A stretch of 60,816 nucleotides of DNA, counting the filler, from Sphacelaria rigidula (lineage: Eukaryota), in assembly GCA_964200075.2 (NCBI GenBank). It is 6 parts of 6 records of this genome, joined end to end, with 100 filler letters (N's around TTAATTAATTAA, not from the genome) between each part and the next. Parts side by side here need not be neighbours in the genome. Positions count along the whole stretch, not along the records: positions 10,155 to 20,208 come from CAXNAA020007242.1; positions 20,309 to 30,361 come from CAXNAA020007243.1; 4 more parts are not named here. One strand, written 5' to 3'. Shown here one piece after another: positions 10,155 to 20,955 of this stretch; within the stretch, counting starts at the first letter, position 1, and the number at the start of each line of letters is the position of its first letter. The translations under genes were made by a program, and so were the position numbers. The notes beneath the pieces are model-generated. The model was given only the letters and a program-made list of their open reading frames with translations. It did no database searches and was not told the DNA's origin.

Positions 10155-12459
10155 CGAAAGGGATGCGTGGTCAATGGTCAAATGACTAAGGCAAGCAACA
10201 AATGAGTACGCCCCCCCCCCCCCTCCGCGGAAGAGTGCAGAACAATCGGGGGTGGGTCAGTGTGGACTGCGTCCCAAGCGCACAATGGTTGGTACATCAA
10301 CAGCCCCCAACTGCGAACATGATAGATAACCTGCCCCATCTACCGCGTCGTGCATGAGTCAAGATGTGCAGAAAGCTAGCGGGTCGGACGGGGATCATGG
10401 AAGCAGCGATGGACAAGGAGGGGCAGAAGTGGTCGCGGCCGTCGCGCCCTATCATTACGATGCGACTGAAGTGTTCATGGCCAAAGATCCCACAGTAGAA
10501 CCTCCGGTGACCGGCTGTGAGGTGCGCGGTATGGAATCATTCGTGAGCTACCCCCCGTTTTCACCATACTGAGGCACGGAAGCTGACTTTTAGATATCCC
10601 GTCCGTTCTGCTGAAGCGGAGGTTCTGGTCCGACAATCGCAGTAAGCGAAAAAAGTGCATGCAATGCCTCATGTCTGGAATTTTACGCGCGATGGATTTC
10701 GCAGGGAAATCTTATATGGCACGCTACACATTCACCGCTGTACCGGATACTTCACGACTCAAGTACATGCTCCTAGTCGGGTTGCTCTACCTCAGAGACG
10801 CATCCAAAAAATAGTCCGCCCGCGCAGTTAGTAGCTGCGATATGTTTGCGTGGGTATTTCGAGGAATGCAGTACGATTGCGGCACGCTACTTGTGGGAAT
10901 TCACGAATAGCTGGAGGACGTCTCAGGTGGGTGCTCACGTAGGAGCAAGAGATGGAAATGCATGATGTACAAAAGGTGGACATATATGACCTACCCGTGA
11001 GGCGTGCATCTAGTGGATGTCGAACAAAGGCATGACTACTCTGTTGCATCAGGTATGTGCGTTTCAGGTCGCGAGGCACACGACATATGTAGGGCTTGTT
11101 GCTAAATGATGCCAAGCCGCTTTCGTTTGGGGGTGCGGCAGCTAGATTATACCAAGCCGTAGGTTTCAGTGTAATCGCATGCATGATTGGAGCACTCTCA
11201 GGGGACAAGGGGTCCTGGATTGATTACCCTCATCTGTGTGGCCCCTTGCTGCTGGCTTGTGATGCTGCTGGCTTGTGATGTGGTCTATTTCTGGATCACT
11301 CCCCAACAATAACAAGTGAGAAGAAAGGACTTGTCGAGCACGGTGCCAGTGCTACTGGAGGAGTCCCTCGTGGATAGTCCTCTTGTCCAGATCGTCTGGC
11401 AGAGGCTACAGGCTGCTGTGCTACGGCTGTATGGATCTTCACAACGAGAATGGAATGATGGCATGCGCTTTTACTGAGTGCACCCCCGAGCGCTTGAACG
11501 TACGTCCGACATCATGCCCAACAAATCAGAGATGACGAATAATGTTGTAGAACACCAGATGTCGTGCCAGATCATTTCTTCTTGGTGCATGGTACACATC
11601 GTCACCCCGCTTTCCTACTACAGGTGCCAGATTGCGTCAACAATGTCCACGTCACCGAGCAATGGCAGCAGTATCGAGCGTCGAGCCACTTATTGTTTGA
11701 TTATTTCGAACCAGCGAAGAAGGGGGTATGGTTGTCCGCCGATGTGAAAGCGTCGGTCACTGGGACTGGGGAAGAAGAGCCAGTCGAAGATGAAGGAGAT
11801 GTGAGTACAGCAATCCTTCTCTGTTCACTGCGCTGCTGTTGTCCGAGGCCGAGCATTTTAGGTGCAAGCAGCTTTTCACCGCATTTTTTAGCATTCTACG
11901 AGTCACCCCCAACCGTAGGGCGAAAACACAGAGTTTATCATTCTTCGATGGCTGTGTGTCACGTCCAAACATAAAGCTAGAACAGAGAGTGTGACGTTCG
12001 TTGTTCATTGTGTAGTGGCGTGATATCGTGACTCATTTGGCACCTGCACTGCAGAAGCGTTCGTAGCACGTTTCATGTGCTAGCCAAGTCGCACAGCGAC
12101 GTATTTGGCGTGTATGGACTGAAATGGGCGGCCCTACTCGTCGAGTCTCGGAGGCTTATAAACGACGCGGCATTTTCAAACACTTCAAACGTTTCGCGAA
12201 GAAGCGGCGGGAAAAATCAAGGGCAGGTGGAGATGGCAGGACGCCCTAACTGCGACGGGTTTTAGCCTTGATCTTTTTTATTTTGCTACTTGTATTCGCT
12301 GCTTTATTTGTCTTCCGATTTCGTTCAAAGTCATCCGTTTGCTCCACCGTTCTCTCTTCTTCCTTTCCCTTTGTTGAACTTTCTTTCGCGATTTTTTCCT
12401 TCTCTTTGCATTGCTTTTGTTGACTTTTTTTCTCATCATTCTTTTTTTTTCACATCTTA

Positions 12460-12939
12460 GGCCGCTCCTTATAACAGACAAAAATAAAAAAACTGAAAAA
12501 GTGTCTTTTTGGAGCTTTCACGTCGTTTTACGTCCCAAAAGAGAGTAGGCGCAGTTTGACACCTTGGAATAACTTGATCTACTAGTTGAGGCGGTTCCAG
12601 GACGTCTTCCCGTTTCCCGGCGGCCGCAGTTTTCATTTTGGCCAAACAAGAATTTTTGTCCAAGAACGGTAAAAAACAGTCAAGTCTAGAGAAAACTGGC
12701 AACTTTTTGTAGATTTGACTGCTTTTTACCTTTCTCGGACAAGAATTCTTGTTCGGCCAAAATGAAAACTGCGGCCACCGGAAAACGGGAAGATGTCCCG
12801 CATCCGCCTCAATTAGGAGAGCAAGTCATTCCAAGGTGTCAAACTCCGTCTAGCTCTCCTTTGGGGCGTAAAACGACGTGAAAGCTCCAAAAAAGGCACT
12901 TTTTCAGGGGTTTTTTTCTGTATATTATATGGAGCGGCC
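12460..12939. mobile_element. PIF/Harbinger-type foldback MITE with TTA TSD
   Basis: Termini GGCCGCTCC...GGAGCGGCC with near full-length inverted arms, TTA at 12457-12459 and 12940-12942. An empty-site paralogue is present at 24638-24655. Confidence 0.9.
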
Positions 12940-14380
12940 TTAGTCTACTATTTCGTTCAGTTAGACTTTTCTTTTTTTTCTATTTCTTCTTATTTTCAGC
13001 GAGTGTTTCAGTCTTGCTTTCCCTGGGTACGTCCATCACGAGACCACGGCTGGACCCCTGGGGGGTCAGCTAAAGTACGGCAATCAATCAATCAATCAAC
13101 CAATCAACCAATCAATATTGCCTTGGATCCTTGGGTAAGTCCATCATGTGATGATCGTGACTGGATCCTTTGGGGATCATCAGCTGATGTGCGACATTCA
13201 ATAAATCGGCCAAAACTGCGGGAGCGTTCATCCGTATTTGATTGAATACACTGAAGTACGCAGTAAGGAAATTGTGATGCATGAAGTCGGTCGAAGGGGT
13301 CAAGTAGTAGGCTCGCCTCAAGCCCTCCCTCGAGCTGCACGAGAAACTATCGAGTACGAATTTTCTCGTGGGTGGGGGGGGGGGGGGAGATCTCTCAATT
13401 GTACTGCCAAGCAGTGCCAGAGATGTCCGTTGTCGTCGTCGTAACATTTATCGATGTGCATCCAGTCGAAACGGATTTCCGAAAACTTGGTTGTTTTCTT
13501 TTTGCTGTGAGTTTCTCAGGCGTTGCGCGCGCAGGAAGAAATCTGGGTCCCGACACAATTGAACCGACCCAGATGTTTCGGAGAAAAACTATCGTAAGGA
13601 AAACAGTACGATCTCCGATTTTATCTGCACAGTGTTTTCTTCCTGTACTTTAGCACAAGCGCGAGATGCAGTAGGTTACGGTGAACGACGACACCTATCG
13701 CGAAAGGAAAATCTACCTCGATGTTATCTACGAACAATGCCCTGCACTGCTGTAGGACATCCTGTCTATCGGGAGGCCTCGACCAGGTATATCAAATGAC
13801 CACATCACTTGGGGATGTGGCCACCAAAACAGTCCAAGAGCAAAATCGGCATCAGATGTATGAAGACCTTGGATACCCTGAGTGATCGCATCGCTTTTTC
13901 ATGTGTTGCATCATCTCTGCCCGAGACCGTCGCAATCAAAAGAGTGTCGACGACATATATATAGTATATATAGAGAGAATATTTCGAACTCACGAGCGTC
14001 AACCATACTTTGTAACGAGGCGTCCACAAGATTTAGTGCTGGTTTTAGTGTGCAAGCTCCTCCGCACCCGCCCCGGGAGATGACTGTTCGGGCCGATGCC
14101 AATTCTAGGGGCTCGGTTAGCGGATTCGTGCTTCACTTTGTGCGGGGGTACACATGCATTCGCGACCGTTCGAGCGGACGCGCGATCGCGGTGATCCTGC
14201 AATGTTTCCGGCGGGCATGGACATTTCGAGAAAGGATCTATTCTCACGAGACCCTCAAAAAAGACGGACGGGACCGGGGCGCAGCCCTGGGTTCCGTGCG
14301 GCTTGTACATATACATATATATGTATGTATATCATGGTGCTGCGATATCTTCCCATCAACATGTGCGCGAAACATAGCAG

Positions 14381-14530
14381 GGAGAGTCTGGGTCAGGTGG
14401 AACCGGCACTGCACCGACGCGGCTGTATCGACGCGTGTTCCATCGGCTCATGCTGCTTCAGACAACGGCGTGTGCGGCCTGGTACTCATGCGAGCAAGTG
14501 CTGGAGCTTGCAAACTCTTTTCCGTGGCAG
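14381..14530 (+). CDS. Conserved hypothetical protein (C-terminal domain of a type I associate with LRR/DUF4476-like proteins), internal exon
   Basis: CAG|...|GTACAC, 150 nt, phase 0: GESGSGGTGTAPTRLYRRVFHRLMLLQTTACAAWYSCEQVLELANSFPWQ. Confidence 0.6.
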
Positions 14531-14845
14531 GTACACATCCCCACGTGCTGCTATCAACTGCAATTGTCGTTGTTCGCTCACCTTTTCTCTTCGTGGGCAT
14601 GTACTCTACCGCCCCTTTCTCCTTGAACGGCTCTTTCAGCAGAATGTGCTACGTAGCTGCCTACCCTTCGAGTATGCAGTCTCAGATGTGGCGTGGCGAA
14701 ATGTTAAAAACAGCGCTTAGAGGACTTTAAAGACGGAAAAATCGGATAAACTCGCAGCACTGTACTCGTTTCCCCTTCCCTCACTCTCGTCTCTCCGACA
14801 CCTCTTCTTGACCGCTATCGGATGACGCCTCGTGCTTCCCACAAG

Positions 14846-14998
14846 GACTTTGGACGAGTGCAGGCGATCATTTATTTGTTCAGTCGCATAGTCGACTTGG
14901 ATCGATTCAGCGAGATTATTCTCCCCGCTGTGCGGGGAGAAGAAAAGCGTGAACTGCATCATCGTCTCGGCATCCTCAATATGCTGAACCCTGTCCAG
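14846..14998 (+). CDS. Same gene, internal exon
   Basis: AAG|...|GTGAGA, 153 nt: DFGRVQAIIYLFSRIVDLDRFSEIILPAVRGEEKRELHHRLGILNMLNPVQ. Confidence 0.75.
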
Positions 14999-15774
14999 GT
15001 GAGAGCATGTGAGCGGTGCTGGAATACAACACAAACACAATATGCTGAGCCCTGTCCAGGTAAAAACATGAGCGGCAGCGGGCAGTTTCAAAGTGTGGAG
15101 AAGGTTTGGTCCACGCACTAACTGTCGTGGTTTGGTTCTCGCGTCTGCTTCGTTTCGTAGTGCACCACCCTCTGTCTAGACGCATTCAAACGCGTGAACG
15201 ATGCCGTGAAGATGACCAGATACAAGAAGTGACGAAAAGCACGCTCTTATTATGGACAATCGTTGGTGGACGTTCTTAGTGAGCAGACCCTGCCCGGATG
15301 AAGAAGAAGACGACATCGTGTCAAGATCACGTCGGCGATATCGATTGGTATTGGGCTAGGTTTAGGATATAGGGTGGGAAAAAAGAAAAAGAAAAAAAGC
15401 GTTTCTAGACGCTTCCGAACGTTTCGCCTAAAAAATATCTTGTCAGTATTTCAGCACCCCCTTCCCAGTCGAAAAATGCAAACAGCACCATGTATGCCCA
15501 TGATTTATGACCACTCTGGGTGAGAGTAAGGATGTTAGGTTTGAATATCGACGGCGACGCTCGAACGACGATGATCAATATCGAGGGCATGCTGAGAGGG
15601 TAAGCGTTAGCATTGAACAGCAGCAGCATTATCATTGAAATCGATAGACTCCATGTGTTGTCCAACACATTCTCCTATCGAGCAAAATCCAAGTGTCAAA
15701 AGCGAGCAAGACACGAAGATTTAGCCGTACCAGCGTTCACCCCTTCAACGTGTAACTGCGTTTGTATCATACAG

Positions 15775-15831
15775 CCGGACGGCCCTTACGAGCTGGACCT
15801 GAAGTGCTGGGAAAATAGGGAGTGGGCGAAG
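15775..15831 (+). CDS. Same gene, internal exon
   Basis: CAG|...|GTGAGA, 57 nt: PDGPYELDLKCWENREWAK, continuing the RLG-LN-NP-PDG-YELDL motif from the previous exon. Confidence 0.75.
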
Positions 15832-15940
15832 GTGAGACGTATCGAGATCGCCTCGTCGCGGCAGAAACGTAGAGGGAGGCTGCATCGCTCATGTGTGTCA
15901 CCTGGTACACGATTTCGGCCCATCGCTGTTATGTACAGTG

Positions 15941-16202
15941 CAAGGGTCGGACGAATGAATGATTCGTCTGGAAATTACTTGATTTCAGTCGAATGGATTC
16001 GTACCGCATGAATCAATCCTTCAGCTTCGTTGCCAGCGTGTAGCAACCAGGGTACGCGACCCGCGGGCACGTGGAATGGCGCAAACATTGCGTGCGAGAC
16101 CTTTTTGACCAGCAGTCAACGTTTTTCTCTCTTTCGAGCAATCACGCCTGAAAAATCGTGGATTTGGTGATTCGAACCGGCGATGATGCGTCCGGACCCT
16201 GC
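15941..16202. mobile_element. hAT-like MITE, family B (intronic)
   Basis: CAAGGGTCGGACGAAT start; body matches 41985-42242 and, reversed, 60399-60659. Confidence 0.7.
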
Positions 16203-16269
16203 AATAATAGTGCACTTAACTCTCATACCGGGTGGGTCTCATTTGTTCCCTCAATAGAGATCCCAAGTA

Positions 16270-16713
16270 ACACCCGACCATCGAAATTGAGGATGGAGGT
16301 TTTCATTGAGGATGAGAACCCGGAGGATTAAAATCTTCGTATCTGCACCAAATCTTCGAAATATGATACCATCCCTTCATCTGCTGATAGTTATGTTGAC
16401 AACAGCTACACGTCCTACAAATGTGGATATCAATAACCGAAATATCGGGGTCCTCGATGAAGAAACAACTTTGGGGAATTTAGAGTATCCGATCAGATCG
16501 CCGAAATTCCCCGAGATTGGTTTTTTACCTAGGACCCCAACATTTTGGTTATCGAAATCCGATTTTGTATGACGTGTGGTACTTGCCAACAGCTACCAGG
16601 AGGTGAAGATATGGAACCATATTTCGAAGATTTGGTGCGGATACGAAGATCTTCATCCTCCGGGTGCTCCTCCTCGATGAAAAGCTCCATCCTCAATTTC
16701 GATGATCGGCTGT
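16270..16713. mobile_element. Foldback MITE with TA TSD (intronic)
   Basis: TA|ACACCCGACCATCGAAATTGAGGATGGAG...CTCCATCCTCAATTTCGATGATCGGCTGT|TA; the arms pair over nearly the whole length. Confidence 0.85.
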
Positions 16714-17345
16714 TAAGTCCGTCGCGCGCTGAGGGTAGCCATTGCTGTGTGTTTGTGTTTCAACGGGTAGATTAAGGTATCTGTCAAACGTCACATGTTA
16801 GCATGAAAAAAGCTAGCCACAAGAATTAAGATATCTACCGCAGGAAGAACGATCGCGCATACATGTATGCATCATCCAGTGAAATCAAGCGGTCGTTCTT
16901 GTTTAACGACACAATCTCACCAAGTGATTAAGCATGGCACAAAGCACAAAAAGTAGTGTTGACACGCACGGCTTCAGCGATCCTAGAAAAACATCGCCCA
17001 CCTATTGCCACGCAAAGTGAAGACAACCTCACGGAAGGCGTCGTCCGGTTGTGCAATGCAAGCCTCCGCCCTCGTCCAGAAAAGTTGTGTTCTACGAATA
17101 TTTTGGTATGAGGGTCAAGCTACCCTCCCAGGTGATGTCGCGGTGACGGGTTCGCCCGTCATTCCTACGATGAGTTTTGTACTACTCACGGGCTGACCGG
17201 TCGTCGGCGGTCGTACGAGTACACACAGCTCCAGATTCTGGATCTTCAACACATTCACTTGATCGGCCGAACCTCGATCATTTCGGCGAAATCCATACAG
17301 TGTCAGAGTCTCTCTCGAGCTATTCATGTTGCTACTGCGTGTCGG

Positions 17346-17695
17346 TCGCCCCGGTGGCTCAGTTGGCAACCTCGAAATCTTTTGACGGTTGGGTGGTGGC
17401 GGGTTCGAATCTCGGAACAGTCTGGGATTTTTCATCACCCGATGCCCAACAGTATGTCGTGGTCGGTACACAAAATGCGACTTAATGGTCGATGAGGGAA
17501 AGGGATTGCTGAACGCCTTTCGAGATAAAAATGAAAAGCGAGCACCGAGAAGGAAGGTGGAGAAGTAAAAAACAAACCTCCTGTGTTGGCTTTCCTCCCG
17601 TGTGACGCCGGCTGGTGCGCCCACACATACCGTAGAGGTGTAGACCGGCGTCCAGAATACATGGGACGACAACACACACACATACACACACTGCC
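17346..17695 (+). mobile_element. tRNA-derived SINE-like element (intronic)
   Basis: A box TGGCTCAGTTGG (17355) and B box GGTTCGAATCT (17402). The 3' part is shared with the repeat at 5880-6030 and ends in (AC)n. Confidence 0.55.
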
Positions 17696-17959
17696 AAGAA
17701 ACCGTGTCTCTGGACCATAACGATAATGAGTTTTGTCCCGCATTGCGCCGAGAATCCAGAGTAGGAAAGGGTTTCCCGTGAGATGATATGTGTCTTCTTC
17801 CAACGATTACCGACGTCAGCACTTTCGGATGAAAAGTGAGAAATGGTCTGCGAAATAGTTCCAATTGATTGAATTCTGCGTTCAAACAATGACTGGTGCA
17901 TATCACCCGATGCATACATACCGCGATGTTCCGATGTTTGATGTGCACCCCCCGACCAG

Positions 17960-18151
17960 ATACTGATTAAGTTGGCTGTGGAAGAGCCGGGGGCGAACTG
18001 GGCCGACGTGACCTACGCGCACGCTCGGGGTCAAGGCTCGATCTGGGGTTGGATGTTGCCGGAAGGTTGGACAAGAGAGGACGAGGACATGGGTGGAGAC
18101 GGCGGCCCCAGACGAACAGGAATCCTGTGTCTACGTTACTTGACCGATCCG
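17960..18151 (+). CDS. Same gene as 14381-15831, internal exon
   Basis: CAG|...|GTGTGT, 192 nt: ILIKLAVEEPGANWADVTYAHARGQGSIWGWMLPEGWTREDEDMGGDGGPRRTGILCLRYLTDP. Confidence 0.75.
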
Positions 18152-18677
18152 GTGTGTTGAGAATCAAGAAAACAAAACGCTTCGTAGTACGCGAGCGGCT
18201 AGTGTGCTCTTAACTGCCGTGAGTGAAAGTTCACGTGCTTCGCTGTCCGATTGCAGAAACGATTCGATTACGTGGGGGCGATGTGATGAAATAGGGTATA
18301 CTGGCTTGAACGCAACTACAGCTCCGGTATGAGCACGCCTGGTTTGAGGACATGATCCTGACCCTCACGTTGAAGTTTTCTTCGTGGGCCAGTACTCGTC
18401 GGGATAGATGCACCTGAAGTTTGCGATCTGCCTCGAGTCGACGACTTGAGACCCAACGCCTGTGACATCTGTGATCCTTTCAGAGGCCTTACGGCTCTCA
18501 CGTTTACTGATCTCGCGCAGCGTACCCGGCATGGCACACAAGCGTAAGGATGGCAACAGGATCAATACCTATGAAGCTATCGATGGATACTTTTGTCCAT
18601 CCCTTGCTCCATGTACAGCATCCACGAATTTCTCGAGAGAAACATTGAAAAGGGGGTCGATTGTCTCTATTCAACAA

Positions 18678-19100
18678 AAGATCCGGAGAAATGGGGTTAA
18701 ATATAAAATGAGGTTCAATTCTACAAGAGTGTTTTTTTCCTGACCTGAAGTCATGACAAATGACTTTCATATGGACGACCTCTGCCCCCCCGACCTCCCT
18801 AGAACTATGTTGTAGGAGGCTCCCAGCGTTACGTTCCCCCGAAGAAATGTGAGAAAGCAAATTTTTGCCTCGACCTCGGGGCAAAGAAAGGGATATTTTT
18901 CGGCCCAAAATCGTGCTTTCCCACATACCCTCTGTGGGAGCGAAAGACGGGAAACCCCCGAAAATAGTTTTAGGGAGGTCGGGGGGGATCAGGTCGCCCT
19001 GTATGAAAGTCATTATTTGTCATGACTGTAGGTCAGGGAAAATCACTGTTTGGGGGTTGAATTTCATTTTTGAAGTTCAATTTGCATTTCTCAGGATCTT
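18678..19100. mobile_element. Foldback/MITE family A, copy 2 (intronic)
   Basis: CCTGACCTGAAGTCATGACAAATGACTTTCATATGGACGACC ... TATGAAAGTCATTATTTGTCATGACTGTAGGTCAGG, homologous to 5312-5735. Confidence 0.85.
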
Positions 19101-19548
19101 CTCTCATTTGGGTTCCCGCCTGCAGTCAGTATCTCTTCTTACCGATCTCCAGCAAGGAGTACACCGCGGCATGCGAGGGCGAGCACGGCAACCTGGCGGA
19201 GAGTAAACCCCCCAAGACATATATAATCAGCTGAGAGCCCGGCACAATCAATGTCGATATCGTGGAACCATTGACTGACTACCAAGACCGCTCCACGGAT
19301 GGAGTAGCGGAACCCTATATCCCGGCGGCGAGTCGGTATATATACATACATATATATCGCAGTTGATTCAGTGTTGTATCATTTACGGCGACGATGGGTC
19401 AATCAGATTGCCTCGCATCGAAGCTGAGAGCGATTTTTTCGTTCAGTATGGGATGGCTCTGCTCGCGCTGCTCATCAAATTCTGCGTCCACCCGTTCCGT
19501 TGGATCGTTCTTGCGCTTCTTGCTCNNNNNNNNNNTTCCGATCATCAG

Positions 19549-19629
19549 TCAATCGGATGCATCGCCAGGTGGGAAGAGCGACGAAAGTTAAAGGCCAGGA
19601 CTCTGGCAGGACTCAAGCGCGATCCGTGA
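19549..19629 (+). CDS. Same gene, putative terminal exon
   Basis: CAG|TCAATCGGATGC...TGA, 81 nt, phase 0: SIGCIARWEERRKLKARTLAGLKRDP*. Confidence 0.6.
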   Translation, partial: SIGCIARWEERRKLKARTLAGLKRDP

Positions 19630-20171
19630 CTTGCCCTCGCGTGCTTCGCCGATAGATGTGGGCACGCCGCAGGAGATATGGATACCGGTGTCTGAAATTG
19701 TGGTCGGCGCCTAAAGCAGACCTAGGGTGTTATAATGTCAGGGATTCTACAGGCGAGGTTTCAGGCCTGGCTTTCATGCCTGCCGCATGCCATTGAAGCA
19801 AAAACACACGTATTTGTACGCCCTCAGATCAGGGTGCCAACCGGAGTTACACAAGTTGTACTTCACTGGACTCTAGTCTGGGGTTTTGAGGATGCGGTTC
19901 TTACACCCCTGCAATGCATAGAATCTTTCAATTTCATCCTGATGGGCAAGACTCGAGTCTACGATTGTGAGAATGCGGTTCTTACACCCTGTAAAGTTTT
20001 CGTTTCATTTCGGTGGAGGGAAAACAGAAAGACTTGAAACGCTTGGGGAGCTAGTTCTGTTGCGGTAGTCATCAGTATTCAGTATATATACGGGGTAGAG
20101 ATGGGTTGAACCCTTGAGACCACGGACCTGTCCCGAGGAGGGGGGGGGGGTTCAAAGTGCGACAAAAAAAA

Positions 20172-20208
<37 letters not shown>
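20172..20208. repeat. (ATG)n microsatellite at a contig end
   Basis: Perfect ATG repeat running into the linker. Confidence 0.95.
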
Positions 20209-20308
20209 NNNNNNNNNNNNNNNNNNNNNNNNNNNNNNNNNNNNNNNNNNNNTTAATTAATTAANNNNNNNNNNNNNNNNNNNNNNNNNNNNNNNNNNNN
20301 NNNNNNNN
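20209..20308. other. Artificial contig linker
   Basis: 100-bp N/TTAATTAATTAA/N. Confidence 0.98.
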
Positions 20309-20744
20309 CATCGTTATTCGGAGTGAAACCCCTGCAGCCCTGCACCATCTGGCCTGGGCTACACAGCGAGGGTCATCATCCAGGATCCACTACATACTCA
20401 ACCGTGACAGCGTGAGTTCGCCACAGGTCTTTATTTCCCGCGAGTTTGTACTTGCACGGCGGTGGAGTGTGAATCGGAAGACCGTCGGTTCTGTCTCTTT
20501 GTGCAATGCGTAGGTGTCAACTAACACTCTTGCCCCCAAAATACACCGAAGTTTGTTTTTAGCGGTCAATATGTCTCGAAAGGCGACAAGCAAGCAACTC
20601 AGTTGGCGCCACGAGTGCCCAACTAATTTCTGAACTATTTGAAAAGGGGATAGCATTTACTATTTTCTCTGTATAGCTCAGATCCTGCCGGTGCTACAAC
20701 CCAATGGGCCGTTTGTTGATCGGGGGTCTCCTTGGGGTGGACGT

Positions 20745-20955
20745 TGTAATGCGTGAGAGGGCCGCGTGCTTAGAGGACCGCATCGGAATTCGAACACCCC
20801 TATGGTTAGGGTTAGGGTTAGGGTTAGTGTTGGGATTAGGGTGGGGGGCGTGGTACCTGCAGGGACTGACCCGATTGGTTTTGAAAAACGTCGATCCTGA
20901 GGTGTTTTGAACTACGGCGCGGTCCTCTAAGTACGCGGTCCTCTCACCCATTACA
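20745..20955. mobile_element. TGT...ACA MITE with internal (TTAGGG)n, copy 2
   Basis: Same 37-bp TIR, 211 bp, TSD GACGT/GACGT. Confidence 0.9.

Noticed and set aside
10020-10225. Contig 1 ends and contig 2 starts in the same repeat with a CGAAAG overlap, suggesting true adjacency
   Set aside because: The repeat is high-copy (at least five other pieces in the window) and contigs are length-sorted, so the shared breakpoint is best explained by assembly breaks in the same repeat.
13882-14730. 282-aa ORF as a single-exon gene
   Set aside because: No recognisable domain, it crosses TA-rich intron-like sequence, and the supported exon 14381-14530 is in a different frame.
17346-17420. Functional tRNA gene
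   Set aside because: A and B boxes are present but no cloverleaf is apparent, and it runs into a dispersed repeat body, so it is treated as a SINE head.
17115-17948. 277-aa minus-strand ORF
   Set aside because: It runs antisense through a SINE-like repeat inside an intron and has no protein-like motifs.
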